DNA from: an uncultured Planctomycetaceae bacterium
GTDB taxonomy: Bacteria; Planctomycetota; Phycisphaerae; UBA1845; UTPLA1
Reading direction: 5' to 3'
Length of the DNA: 54,695 bases
Assembly: GCA_964520125.1 (NCBI GenBank)
Contig: CAZFMS010000001.1
Location: 1 to 54,695 of the forward strand
Positions 27,453 through 36,500 of the stretch are shown here, one piece after another. A model generated the notes under the pieces. That model was not told the origin of the DNA. It saw only the letters and a program-made list of their open reading frames with translations, and ran no database searches. Numbering within the stretch: position 1 is the first letter of the stretch; every line of letters begins with the position of its first letter. A program made the position numbers and the translations under genes.

Positions 27453-28496
27453 CTAGTCCTCGAATTCATCGTCGAACTCGGCTTCATCAAGCTCGATTCC
27501 CTCCTCCTTGATATCCGGCCCAGGAACGGGGGCTGCCGGCGGCAAGCCGTCCAGGTAGATCTTCTTCGCCCGCCGACGGATCTCGATCTCACCTTCCCGC
27601 AGCTTGGCGGGCCGCTGGGCGATCAGGCTTTGTACGTAATAGGCCAGGGCCCACAGGTCCACGGGCTCCACCAACGGACCGTCACCCTCCGACCGGCCCG
27701 GCATCTCCATCGAATCCGCCCAGGTGGGCATGGCCGTCCCGGTTATCCCGGCGGCTATGGTGCGGTACAGGTCCTCGACCCTCGAACCCGAACGCATGAA
27801 ATCGCGGCGGAAGTCCGGCGGATACATGACCACCCCCCGGGTGTTGGGCTTGGCCGCGGATTGATGGACGTTCTCACGGAATCCCTCGAAGACCATGGCT
27901 CCGACCGCCTCGCGGTACTCGTTTATGCTCTGGCCCGAGACATAGGCCGGATGACAGGTCCAGCAAGTGGCAAAACCGTGGTAGATGAATTCGCCCCGCG
28001 AGATGGCCTCCGACTTGTCCGGGTCCGGCCGGAAGGGATCTTCCCTGATGGGAATTGCCTTGGCCGGCGTCCGCTCCCGCCACTTCGGCGAGAAGGTCTT
28101 CAGGTAAGCGATTAGGGCTTCCACCGTCCGATCGGGCAGCAGGTCGAACGGCGGCATGGCGCTGCCCCGCAGGCCCTGCTTGATGGTGCGGCGAAGATCC
28201 GAATCCAGGGGCAACTGCCCGGAGCGGGTGGAGGAAAACTTGAAATCGGCCAATTGAAAGTCTCGCGGCAGCGGATCGAAGAACCCCGCCGCCGGTCCAT
28301 TCCCATCGCCCTGCTCACCGTGGCACCCGGTGCAGTACCGCAGGTAGGCGGTCCGGCCCTCCTCCAACCGGGTCTCTTGAATGCTCTTCTGGAATCCGAA
28401 CTCGGCCGGTGAAGCGGCGGAGTCTTCGCCCTCGGGTCCACACCCGCCGAGTAACGCCGCCACTACACCCACGACCATCGTCCGTCGAACGTCCAT
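27453..28496 (-). CDS. Lipoprotein dihaem c-type cytochrome (CcoP-like role inferred)
   Basis: 347 aa with the lipobox LLGGC, two CxxCH sites (CTGCH, CWTCH) and an acidic C-terminal tail. It is encoded immediately upstream of ccoN. Confidence 0.8.
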   Translation of the reverse strand: MDVRRTMVVGVVAALLGGCGPEGEDSAASPAEFGFQKSIQETRLEEGRTAYLRYCTGCHGEQGDGNGPAAGFFDPLPRDFQLADFKFSSTRSGQLPLDSDLRRTIKQGLRGSAMPPFDLLPDRTVEALIAYLKTFSPKWRERTPAKAIPIREDPFRPDPDKSEAISRGEFIYHGFATCWTCHPAYVSGQSINEYREAVGAMVFEGFRENVHQSAAKPNTRGVVMYPPDFRRDFMRSGSRVEDLYRTIAAGITGTAMPTWADSMEMPGRSEGDGPLVEPVDLWALAYYVQSLIAQRPAKLREGEIEIRRRAKKIYLDGLPPAAPVPGPDIKEEGIELDEAEFDDEFED

Positions 28497-28625
28497 CGAT
28501 ATGCGTTCTTCTCCGCGGCCGACCGTACACGACGGATTGACGGCAGTGACTTATTACTCCGAGCGATGCATACTGAACATCTTTGGTGCCGCCGGCAGCT
28601 TGCGGCCGGTGCTTCCGTTCTGCAG

Positions 28626-28722
28626 GACACTGGCGGACAAGCCGCCAGTGGCACCCATCAGCACTTGTGGAGTTTACCCATCAGCAGTTGCGGTGTTCAA
28701 CGTCTTCCGCTCTGAGTAGTAA
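28626..28722 (-). repeat. 97-nt dispersed repeat (inverted copy of 47901..47997)
   Basis: The reverse complement aligns by hand to 47901..47997 with 13 mismatches in 97 positions. It contains the hairpin CACTGGCGG-ACAA-GCCGCCAGTG. Confidence 0.7.
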
Positions 28723-28969
28723 CCAGCACCACCGCCTCGCCGGATACCGTCAACGCCGCCCCGGCCCGAAGGTCACCATCGGCATATGATAGTGCCAATC
28801 CCCGCCCTCGCAATCAACTTCTGTATAGATTTGTTATCTTTGTAGATCGGTGAAGCCCGCCCCGGACCTCGGCCATGGGTCGGGCCGCCAGGGTGTGCGC
28901 CGCCGGAAACGCGGCAGCCCAGATCCGGCGACCTTCCTGCTCGGCGTTCTCCGCGGTGAATCCTCCGCG

Positions 28970-30328
28970 TCAAAGCAGACCGTACCGATCCATCCGGTAT
29001 CTGAGCTGATCGCGCGAGAGGTGCAGCAGCTTGGCGGCCTTGGTCTGGTTGTTGCCGGCCTGGGTCAGGGCCTGGCGGACCAGTTGCTCCTCGACGGTCT
29101 GCAGGCTGATGCCTCCCATGGGCAACTCGACGGCAAAGGCCCGGCGGTGGGAATCACCCCGGCCGACGACCAAATCGTCGCAGTCAATCACGTCCCGTTT
29201 GACCAGCAGGACGGCCCGCTCGATCGTGTTGCGCAGCTCGCGGACGTTTCCCGGCCAGCCGTAGGCCGACAGCTTTTCGATCGCCTCCGAGGTCAGACCC
29301 CGGACCTCCCTCCGAAACTCCCGAGCGAACACGTCGATGTAGTATTCCGCCAAGAGCCGGACGTCGTCGCCTCGCTCCCGCAAGGGCGGCAGGTCGATGG
29401 GAATGATGTTCAGGCGGTAGTAGAGGTCCTCGCGGAACTTGCCCTCTTCGATCAGCTTGTGGACCTCCCGGTTGGTCGCGGCGATCACCCGGACATCTAC
29501 CTCGATGTCCCGCACCCCGCCGACCCGCCGAAAGGTTCTCTCCTCCAGGAAGCGCAGCAACTTGGCCTGCAAGGACGGCGGCATGTCCCCTACTTCGTCG
29601 AGGAATACGGTGCCCCCATCCGACAATTCCAGCAGCCCCTTCTTGAGTTGCTTGGCGTCGGTAAAGGCCCCCCGCTCGTGGCCGAACAATTCGCTCTCCA
29701 GCAGCGATTCGGTGATCGCCGTGCAGGTGATGTTCATGAACGGACGGTTGGCCCGGTCCGAGTTGTAGTGGATCGCCTTGGCCACCAGGTCCTTACCCGT
29801 GCCGCTCTCCCCACACAAGAAGACCGTCGAGGCCCCGCTGCTGGACACATCGTGAATCAGCTCGAAGAGCTTGCCCATCGCCGGGCACTTGCCCAGGATA
29901 CGCTCGAAACCGAACTTCTTGTGCATCTGGGCCCGCAGGTCTCGAACCTCGCGCTTCAGGTGGGTCGTCTCCAGGGCCTTGTTTACCGTCACCATCAAGG
30001 CGTCCATCTTGAACGGCTTGCTGACGTAGTCGAAAGCCCCCAGACGCATGGCCTCCACCGCGTTCTCGACGTTGCTGTAGGCGGTCATCATCAGGACTAC
30101 CAGATCCTGATCGTCCTCCCGGATCTTCCGCAGCACGTCCAGACCGGTCATGTCCGGCAGCTTGTAGTCCAGCATTACCAAATCGAAGACGGCCCCGGCC
30201 AGTTGGGCCAGCCCCTCAGTCCCGGTCTCGGCACCGTCGACCGAATAGCCCTCCTCCTGGAAGCGCTGTTGCAGCGACCAACGGATCAGCTTCTCGTCCT
30301 CGACGATGAGAATTCTAGGCTTGCTCAT
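28970..30328 (-). CDS. Sigma54-dependent (NtrC-family) response regulator
   Basis: 452 aa with a receiver domain (VMLDYKLPD), AAA+ domain (GESGTGKD, GAFTDA, the GAFTGA-loop variant) and a C-terminal Fis-type HTH (AAKLLHLSRDQLRYRM). Confidence 0.9.
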   Translation of the reverse strand: MSKPRILIVEDEKLIRWSLQQRFQEEGYSVDGAETGTEGLAQLAGAVFDLVMLDYKLPDMTGLDVLRKIREDDQDLVVLMMTAYSNVENAVEAMRLGAFDYVSKPFKMDALMVTVNKALETTHLKREVRDLRAQMHKKFGFERILGKCPAMGKLFELIHDVSSSGASTVFLCGESGTGKDLVAKAIHYNSDRANRPFMNITCTAITESLLESELFGHERGAFTDAKQLKKGLLELSDGGTVFLDEVGDMPPSLQAKLLRFLEERTFRRVGGVRDIEVDVRVIAATNREVHKLIEEGKFREDLYYRLNIIPIDLPPLRERGDDVRLLAEYYIDVFAREFRREVRGLTSEAIEKLSAYGWPGNVRELRNTIERAVLLVKRDVIDCDDLVVGRGDSHRRAFAVELPMGGISLQTVEEQLVRQALTQAGNNQTKAAKLLHLSRDQLRYRMDRYGLL

Positions 30329-31506
30329 GAATGGCTCGGGAAGTCGATGCTCACCCGGGTACCCTTGCCGACCTCACTGGCGATCTCGATGGTGCCCCCG
30401 TGGGCCTCTACGATCCGCTGGCAGATCGGCAGTCCCAGCCCCGTCCCCCGGGACTTGGTGGTGAAGAACGGCTCGAAGACCCGCGTGAACACCTCCGGCT
30501 TGATGCCCGTTCCGTTGTCCTCGATCACGATCCGAACGCTCGATTCCAACCGGCTGATCCGGCAAAAAACATCACCGCCCTGCTCGCAGGCGTGGGCGGC
30601 GTTGATCATCAGGTTGGATAATACTTGCTGGACCTGGACCTCGTCCACCAGGATTTCGTGTTCTCCGTTGAGACCCTCGCAGTGGACCCGCACCTCCTGG
30701 AAGGCCGGCTCCTGCCTGAACAGGATCAGCACCCGCTCGAGCAATTGGTTGAGGTCCACCCGCCGCGTGCTGGGTGGTTTTGGCCGGGCGTATACCAGCA
30801 GGTCCTTGACCGCCGCATCCAGCCGGTCGATCTGTCGTAAGGCCTCGGAGATGATCTCCTTGTGGGGATGCTTCGCCTCCAGGCCGGCACCCAGGATCTG
30901 AATCGCCCCGCTGATGCCCGCCAGAGGATTCTTGATCTCGTGGGCCAAGGAAGCGGCCAGCCGCCCCACGGTAGCCAAATGTTCCGATTCGCTGAGCCGC
31001 TGCTCGAACTTGGCGTGCTGCACCTCCTCGACCTGCCGCACCAGATCCTCCCGGTAGGTGTCATTCATGATCGCCAGCTCCAGGTCCAGGATCTTGTGCA
31101 CCGAGGCGATCTTCTTCCGCCCCGCTTCCAACCCCAGGGCCTCGATCCGCTCTACCAACGCCAAGCGAACCACGTTCATGGCCGTAAACATGTACTGCTG
31201 GGGGAGACCCACCCGAATGTGGACCCGCCCAATCTCGCACCTCTGCTTGTAGTAACGCACGTCGTAGGTGCCGGAGAACATCTCGCCGAGCCACGCCAAC
31301 AGGGTCTGCTTGAGCCGTCTGGACTGCTCCGGGCCCCCGCTCAAGGCGGTTTGAGCCTGGGGATGGCGCAGGATGGCCTCGAGAATCAAATCAACGACTT
31401 CCGGCAACTGGGGAGAGAGGGGCTCGAGAAGGCTGGCCAGGGCCTCGGCATCATCGGCGGTGAAGCCGACAAACCGCTTCACATCGTCGATCAACTCTCC
31501 GGCCAT
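30325..31506 (-). CDS. Globin-coupled sensor histidine kinase
   Basis: 393 aa counted from ATG 31506 (MAGELIDDVKRF). The protoglobin-like N-terminus reads FSGTYDVRYYKQRCEIGRVHIRVGLPQQY. It is followed by HisKA SLAHEIKNPL and HATPase DNGTGI, GTGLGL. No TM segment. The track ORF extends to 32412, but that extension is Arg/Gly-rich and not protein-like. Confidence 0.85.
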   Translation of the reverse strand: MAGELIDDVKRFVGFTADDAEALASLLEPLSPQLPEVVDLILEAILRHPQAQTALSGGPEQSRRLKQTLLAWLGEMFSGTYDVRYYKQRCEIGRVHIRVGLPQQYMFTAMNVVRLALVERIEALGLEAGRKKIASVHKILDLELAIMNDTYREDLVRQVEEVQHAKFEQRLSESEHLATVGRLAASLAHEIKNPLAGISGAIQILGAGLEAKHPHKEIISEALRQIDRLDAAVKDLLVYARPKPPSTRRVDLNQLLERVLILFRQEPAFQEVRVHCEGLNGEHEILVDEVQVQQVLSNLMINAAHACEQGGDVFCRISRLESSVRIVIEDNGTGIKPEVFTRVFEPFFTTKSRGTGLGLPICQRIVEAHGGTIEIASEVGKGTRVSIDFPSHS

Positions 31507-32660
31507 ATTCCCATTATAGCGAGTGGGGCCCGCGGTTCGTATGGCCTTTTCGCCCAGCCGGGGACGAGCGCCCACCGTCGCCCGACCACCGTTCCGCACC
31601 ACGCCGCTGACTGCCCGCTGGCTAGCACTGCCCAAGCCAGGGTGAATCGATGAGTTCGTTGGACAGGAGCCGGCAGCGTTGCCGCCAGCGGCAGTTGCTC
31701 GGGCAGCTCGGCCGGATTGAGCCGAAGCACTCACCGGTGCCCTCCTGCCTCTGCGTGTCCCACACGAACTCCAGGTCCGGAGCCAGCCCGGTGCGAACCG
31801 CAAGGCGTAGGGCCTTCTCACGTATGAGATTCTGGTCTTCCATGACCGCTCTCGCACTATATCAAACCGATCCTCCGCGGGCAATTCGGATGCCGCCGCC
31901 TTGACCCCGTATTTCTTTCCAAGGGAAACACACATTGGACGATGGCCCCCAACCGCCCAACCGCGCCCCGGACGGATTCGCACCATCCTCCCGTACCGCC
32001 CCGGCACCACCCGTCCGGTTTGCCGGCCCCGAGCCGAGGGTCGCCAAGCCACCCGGCGATACCCGGCAACCGAAGCCGACCGGCCTTCTCCGCGAGGCCC
32101 CAGGCGGCCGGTCCCCATCTGACCATGAATGAACATGTCGACATCCAAAGAAATCAAACCACCCTGCTCGCAGACTCCTCCGCCACCCCTTGCCCGACGG
32201 TAGGATCCTCCGCAAATCGTCACGCCTGGAGTCCGGCCTTCTCCGATCCGATTCGGCGGGTTCCTCCGCGGAGCTTCCCTCGCCGGCCAGGCCTCACCCC
32301 CGGTCTCGCCCTCGGCGATACTGCCGCCCGTCCCAAAACGGCTGCTTGATCCCGACCGGGACCATGCCGCCGGCCCGACGGGCGGTCTCCAGCCTAGCAC
32401 ACGATGTACCAAGGCCTGCGCCCCCGGTCTCCGACCTCTAGAGAAGCCTCAATTGGACTCGGCTGATCGCAAACAGCGGGTTTGTAGGCTCCCCGGACCT
32501 GCCATCATGAGGGTTTCTTCCGAATCCTGCGGGTTTTCGCGCAGCACGCATCCTCCGCGCGGTGCCTGACCTGTCTCTGCAGAGGAACGTCCGAGGCCGC
32601 TCCGCAAATTGGGTGATGAAGTGTCGCCAGGGGTGGCAGAGTAGATCGAGCCGTTAGGCC

Positions 32661-33476
32661 CTATAGCGAAGCCGTCTTTCCGCCGTCCACCGGGAGATTG
32701 ATGCCGCTGATGTAGGCCGCCGCGGGAGAAGCGAGGAAACCCGCCGCCGCCGCGATGTCGTCGGGGCTGGCCAGCCGGCCGGCGGGAATCCGGGCGATCA
32801 TCTCCCGTCGAATCTCGGCCGCCTCGACCCCGGCCGCTTCGGCGCGGGCGTCGATGAGTTCATCCAACCTCGCCGTCGCCGTGTAGCCGGGCAGGATGTT
32901 GTTCACCGTAATGCCAAAGGAGGTCAGCTCTCCCGCCAATGTCTTGGCCCAGGCGGCCACCGCCCAGCGGGTGGTGTTCGACACCCCCAGCCCCTTGATG
33001 GGTTCTTTCACCGAGGTCGAGATGATGTTGATGATCCGTCCGTAGCCGGCTTCTTTCATGCCCGGCAGCAACGTCTGAACGAGTAGTTGGTTGCAAACCA
33101 GGTGCATGGTGAACGCCTGTCGAAAGGCCTCCGGCGGGGCCTCGACAATCGACCCGTGTGGTGGGCCGCCGGTGTTGTTGAGCAGGATGTGCACCGGCCC
33201 GGCCTCTTGGAGATGGACCCTGACCTTCTCGACCAGGTCCTCCGGGTCCCGGAAATCGGCGCAGACCACGTCATGATTCTGGCCTTCGTCGGCCGGCAGA
33301 TCGGCGCGGGCCTGTACCAGGGCCTCCTCCCGTCGGGCTACCAGGGTGACCGCGGCCCCCAGCCGGGCCAACTGCATGGCACAGGCCCGGCCGATGCCCT
33401 GCGTGCTGCCGCAGGCCAGGGCCCGCTTGCCGACCAGACTGTAAGGAATCGGGAAGTTCATCATCGTTTCTCGCAT
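32661..33476 (-). CDS. Short-chain dehydrogenase/reductase (SDR) family oxidoreductase
   Basis: 271 aa with a Rossmann motif GSTQGIGRA and NNTGG. At the place where YxxxK is expected I read SNTTRWAVAAWAK, so the catalytic tetrad may be non-canonical. Confidence 0.8.
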   Translation of the reverse strand: MRETMMNFPIPYSLVGKRALACGSTQGIGRACAMQLARLGAAVTLVARREEALVQARADLPADEGQNHDVVCADFRDPEDLVEKVRVHLQEAGPVHILLNNTGGPPHGSIVEAPPEAFRQAFTMHLVCNQLLVQTLLPGMKEAGYGRIINIISTSVKEPIKGLGVSNTTRWAVAAWAKTLAGELTSFGITVNNILPGYTATARLDELIDARAEAAGVEAAEIRREMIARIPAGRLASPDDIAAAAGFLASPAAAYISGINLPVDGGKTASL

Positions 33477-33563
33477 CGTGGTGGGTAGATTCTCCGCCGC
33501 ATGGCGAATACTACCCGCCTGCCCGCCCGGTCGGCAAGCTGGCGGGCGTCGGCCAGAGGGTGG

Positions 33564-34559
33564 TCATAAGGCGTTGGCGCAGGTCCCCGCCCATAGCTCG
33601 TCGAGGGTCGGCTCGGTGCCACACTCCGGGCATCGGGTCCTGGTCAGGCCGTTTAAGAGATAGCCACACTTCAAACAGGCGGGTCCCTCGTCAGCGACGG
33701 GAATGACGCTCACCCGCAGCGGCCACAGCCACATCGTGGTCGCCATCCAGATCCCCCAGCCGATGACCGGACAGGCGCACAAGACCGTTTTCCAAGGCTC
33801 GCTGACCAGGTCGACCAGGACCGTAGCCACGCCCGGCAGGCCTACCAGGAGAAGGGCACTCGCCACCGTGCGCCACTTGACGGTGGCGGTCCAGGCTACT
33901 TTGCTCCGCCAGATAATGAGCCAGGCGAGAATAGCCAACGTCGCCGCGCTCAGGTAGGCCAGCGGCAACACGTACAGCGACGACACCCCGACGAGATCGT
34001 CGAATGCTACCCCCACGATGAAGAACATGCCCAACCCGAAGGGAAGCGTTCCGATGGAGGCCACCACCAGCTTGATGCTCCTAGTCATATGAAGTCTCCC
34101 TGCCACAGACCGGGCCGCGCCGCCGCCCGTCCCCAAGCGTTCCCAGCCCCACCAGACCCATATCATCAGCCATATCCACAGGGCGATGCCCACGTGCCCC
34201 TGACCGACCCGCAAGAGATCTGAAGTGACGCAGCCGGCGTCCCACAGCGGCCGCCCGAACAGCACCTGCAGGAAGGGCACCACCCCGACAGCGGCGGTCA
34301 ACCATTTCCTCCCCAGCGTCCAGATGATCGCCGAACGCCAGATCAAGATAGAACACGAAACCGCCAGAAGCGGCACGAACAAGTGCATCCACCGGAGTTC
34401 ATCAAAATCGGAATAGACCAAGTATTCCTGGCAACATGCCGCGGCTGCCGCTGCCGTCGCCAGAACGATCGGCACCAGGGTCAGGGCGCAGACCAAGCGG
34501 CGCACGATCCCGATCGGCGAGACGCTACTGGAGGGTTTATCTTGGCGTCGATCAAACAC
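33564..34559 (-). CDS. Polytopic membrane protein with a C-terminal zinc ribbon
   Basis: 331 aa with multiple TM segments. There is an internal duplication (ILIWRSAIIWTLGRKWLTAAVG / LIIWRSKVAWTATVKWRTVASA). The C-terminus reads CLKCGYLLNGLTRTRCPECG. Confidence 0.6.
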   Translation of the reverse strand: MFDRRQDKPSSSVSPIGIVRRLVCALTLVPIVLATAAAAAACCQEYLVYSDFDELRWMHLFVPLLAVSCSILIWRSAIIWTLGRKWLTAAVGVVPFLQVLFGRPLWDAGCVTSDLLRVGQGHVGIALWIWLMIWVWWGWERLGTGGGAARSVAGRLHMTRSIKLVVASIGTLPFGLGMFFIVGVAFDDLVGVSSLYVLPLAYLSAATLAILAWLIIWRSKVAWTATVKWRTVASALLLVGLPGVATVLVDLVSEPWKTVLCACPVIGWGIWMATTMWLWPLRVSVIPVADEGPACLKCGYLLNGLTRTRCPECGTEPTLDELWAGTCANAL

Positions 34560-35189
34560 GGGTTATTGCCCGATTACCCGGACGGCCGGCAACTTGCCGA
34601 CCCGCCAACAGCCTACCGGAGACAGGTCGGGACCGCGAATTCGAGGCTTTGAATACTGTTTCAGAGCTTTGGCCCCGTCTTCCGGCCGGGGGCGACCAAC
34701 GAGAGAACGCCCAGTAATCCAGCTAATCCACCGGTCAGATAGCGATGCTCTGCAGGCTGCTGCAGGCGTATTGTGGAGTCCTGCGCCCGGAGTCTCCAGA
34801 TAGCCGAGGGGGCCAGGGCCGCATTGGTGCGCCGGAGCGCCCCAACGGCGGCTTTCACGACGGGAGAGATCGTTTGTGATTGAATCGAGAGGTCTCATGC
34901 GGTAGGATGACGATCAAAAGTCCGGAAGACGAGTGATCCCGGTTGAACTGAAAGGCAATCTGGGCTGAAAGCCTGGCCCGTGACGGGCGTAGGCAAGGCG
35001 CGCATTGCACACGACCCGTCGCTGTGCAGTATGGCCGCGATCAAACGGACCATCACTGGACCGTACCACGATGCGCTCGCTGAGTTCTGGCGCCTCTCGC
35101 CCTTCGAGATAAGAGGGCATGATCTGATTGATTCCAATGCGGATGGTGTAGCGGGCGACCGGCGCACCGGCGAATGAACGGGAGCAGGG

Positions 35190-36500
35190 ATGAACATACT
35201 TGACGAGATCTTCACGCATGAGGTGTATCCGGCTCTGGGATGCACGGAGCCCGTGGCTTGTGCCTATGCTGCCGCCGTAGCCGCTTCATACCTTGACGAC
35301 GAGGTGGAGCAGCTCGTGGTAAGAGTCGATCCGGGGACATTCAAGAACGGCGCCGCAGTGACGGTGCCCTATACTCAGGGCCAGAAGGGAAACCTGATCG
35401 CCGCTGCGCTTGGGGCTTTGGTGGCATTGCCCGACGAGAAGCTGGAGTTGCTTCAGGAGGCTACACCCGAACAACTGCGCCGCGCCGAGGAATTGTGTCG
35501 CAGCGGACGATGTGAGCTGGTATGTCTGGAGGGCGAGCGGGGTTTTCGCGTTGAGGCCCAAGTCCGCAGCAGGGGGCATACGGTAGAGGCGATACTCGCC
35601 CGCGGTCATACCAACCTCGAGCAGGTGGTGAAGGACGGTAAGGTCGTTCTGGGCCGGGAGAAGAGTGATACGGACGGCAATGCTCTGGCCTATCGACGTG
35701 TCCTACGCGATACCGACCTTCACACTCTTCTTTCGCTGGCGGCTGGTCCCGACGCTAAACGCATGGCCTTCCTTCGGCGTGGAATTGAGATGAACCAGGC
35801 GATGTCCGATCGCGGGCTTGAAATGCGGCGTACTGCTCACCAGCTCTCGCGAATGAGGAAGAAAGGGTACCTGGCTGATGACATGTTCTTCCGAGTGAAG
35901 CTGCGGGTCGCTTCGGCCGTCGACGCCCGCATGGCCGGCGTCGACCAGCCGGCGATGACCTCCGGCGGTTCAGGCAATCAAGGCATTGTTGCCACCCTCA
36001 CCTCCTATATCGTGGGGCAGGAGATGAACGTCGAGGCGGAGCGAATACTCGAGAGCATTCCCGTGGCGCATATGGTGAACTCCTATGTCAAGTGCTTCGT
36101 GGGCGAACTCTCGGTAGTGTGTGGCTGTGCGATGGGGGCGGGCATCTCCGCTGCAGTGGCGATTGTCTACCAACAAGCAGGGATAGACATGCCCAAGATC
36201 ACGTTGGCGGTGAACAGTGTGATCGGGGATCTTGGCGGGCTCATCTGTGATGGTGCTAAACCCGGATGCGCAATGAAGAGCGTTACCGCCGTGGATGCCG
36301 CGATTAGATCGGGGCTGATGGCGCTCGAGGACTACGGCCTTGCTGATGATGGTCTTGCGGGGCGGACTGCAGAGGAGTCGATCCGTAATCTAGGACGCAT
36401 CACACTCGAGGGCATGTTGCATGTTGACCCCACCCTTCTGAGAATCCTGCAGGCGAAACCAGCGATCGCCGCGGGGAGGGCCAATCCTAATCACGGTTGA
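35190..36500 (+). CDS. UPF0597 / YhaM-like protein (serine dehydratase alpha-like, cysteine desulfidase family)
   Basis: 436 aa with EVYPALGCTEPVACAYAAA, SGGSGNQG and CDGAKPGCAMK. GC is lower than in neighbouring genes (35/60 on line 35701). Confidence 0.8.
   Translation: MNILDEIFTHEVYPALGCTEPVACAYAAAVAASYLDDEVEQLVVRVDPGTFKNGAAVTVPYTQGQKGNLIAAALGALVALPDEKLELLQEATPEQLRRAEELCRSGRCELVCLEGERGFRVEAQVRSRGHTVEAILARGHTNLEQVVKDGKVVLGREKSDTDGNALAYRRVLRDTDLHTLLSLAAGPDAKRMAFLRRGIEMNQAMSDRGLEMRRTAHQLSRMRKKGYLADDMFFRVKLRVASAVDARMAGVDQPAMTSGGSGNQGIVATLTSYIVGQEMNVEAERILESIPVAHMVNSYVKCFVGELSVVCGCAMGAGISAAVAIVYQQAGIDMPKITLAVNSVIGDLGGLICDGAKPGCAMKSVTAVDAAIRSGLMALEDYGLADDGLAGRTAEESIRNLGRITLEGMLHVDPTLLRILQAKPAIAAGRANPNHG

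Noticed and set aside
26184-28115. Very long ORFs antisense to, or out of frame with, real genes. Examples: 1609..2838, 8051..9301, 9843..11567, 26184..28115, 28850..30901, 39162..40502, 44534..45661, 48993..50216.
   Set aside because: Their translations are Arg/Pro/Gly/His-rich and low-complexity, with no motifs. They overlap genes that carry clear family signatures. Stop-codon depletion in high-GC DNA explains their length.
28782-28797. Sigma54-like element on the minus strand, TGGCACTATCATATGC, about 290 nt upstream of the cytochrome c gene. An AT-rich, IHF-like AATCAACTTCTGT lies nearby.
   Set aside because: The GG to GC spacing is 11 nt instead of the canonical 10, and the -12 box reads ATGC, not TTGC. 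I keep it only as a place to look when testing the sigma54 hypothesis.
31507-32412. The 302-codon N-terminal extension of the kinase ORF in the track (30325..32412).
   Set aside because: The extension is Arg/Gly-rich and not protein-like. The globin-sensor similarity begins right at MAGELIDD (ATG 31506).
32583-32605. GAGGAACGTCCGAGGCC resembles the RNase P RNA CR-I motif GAGGAAAGUCCGGGC.
   Set aside because: It has mismatches in the invariant part, and no matching downstream conserved regions follow. A ~350-nt RNA from here would also run into the clearly coding SDR gene (32661..33476).
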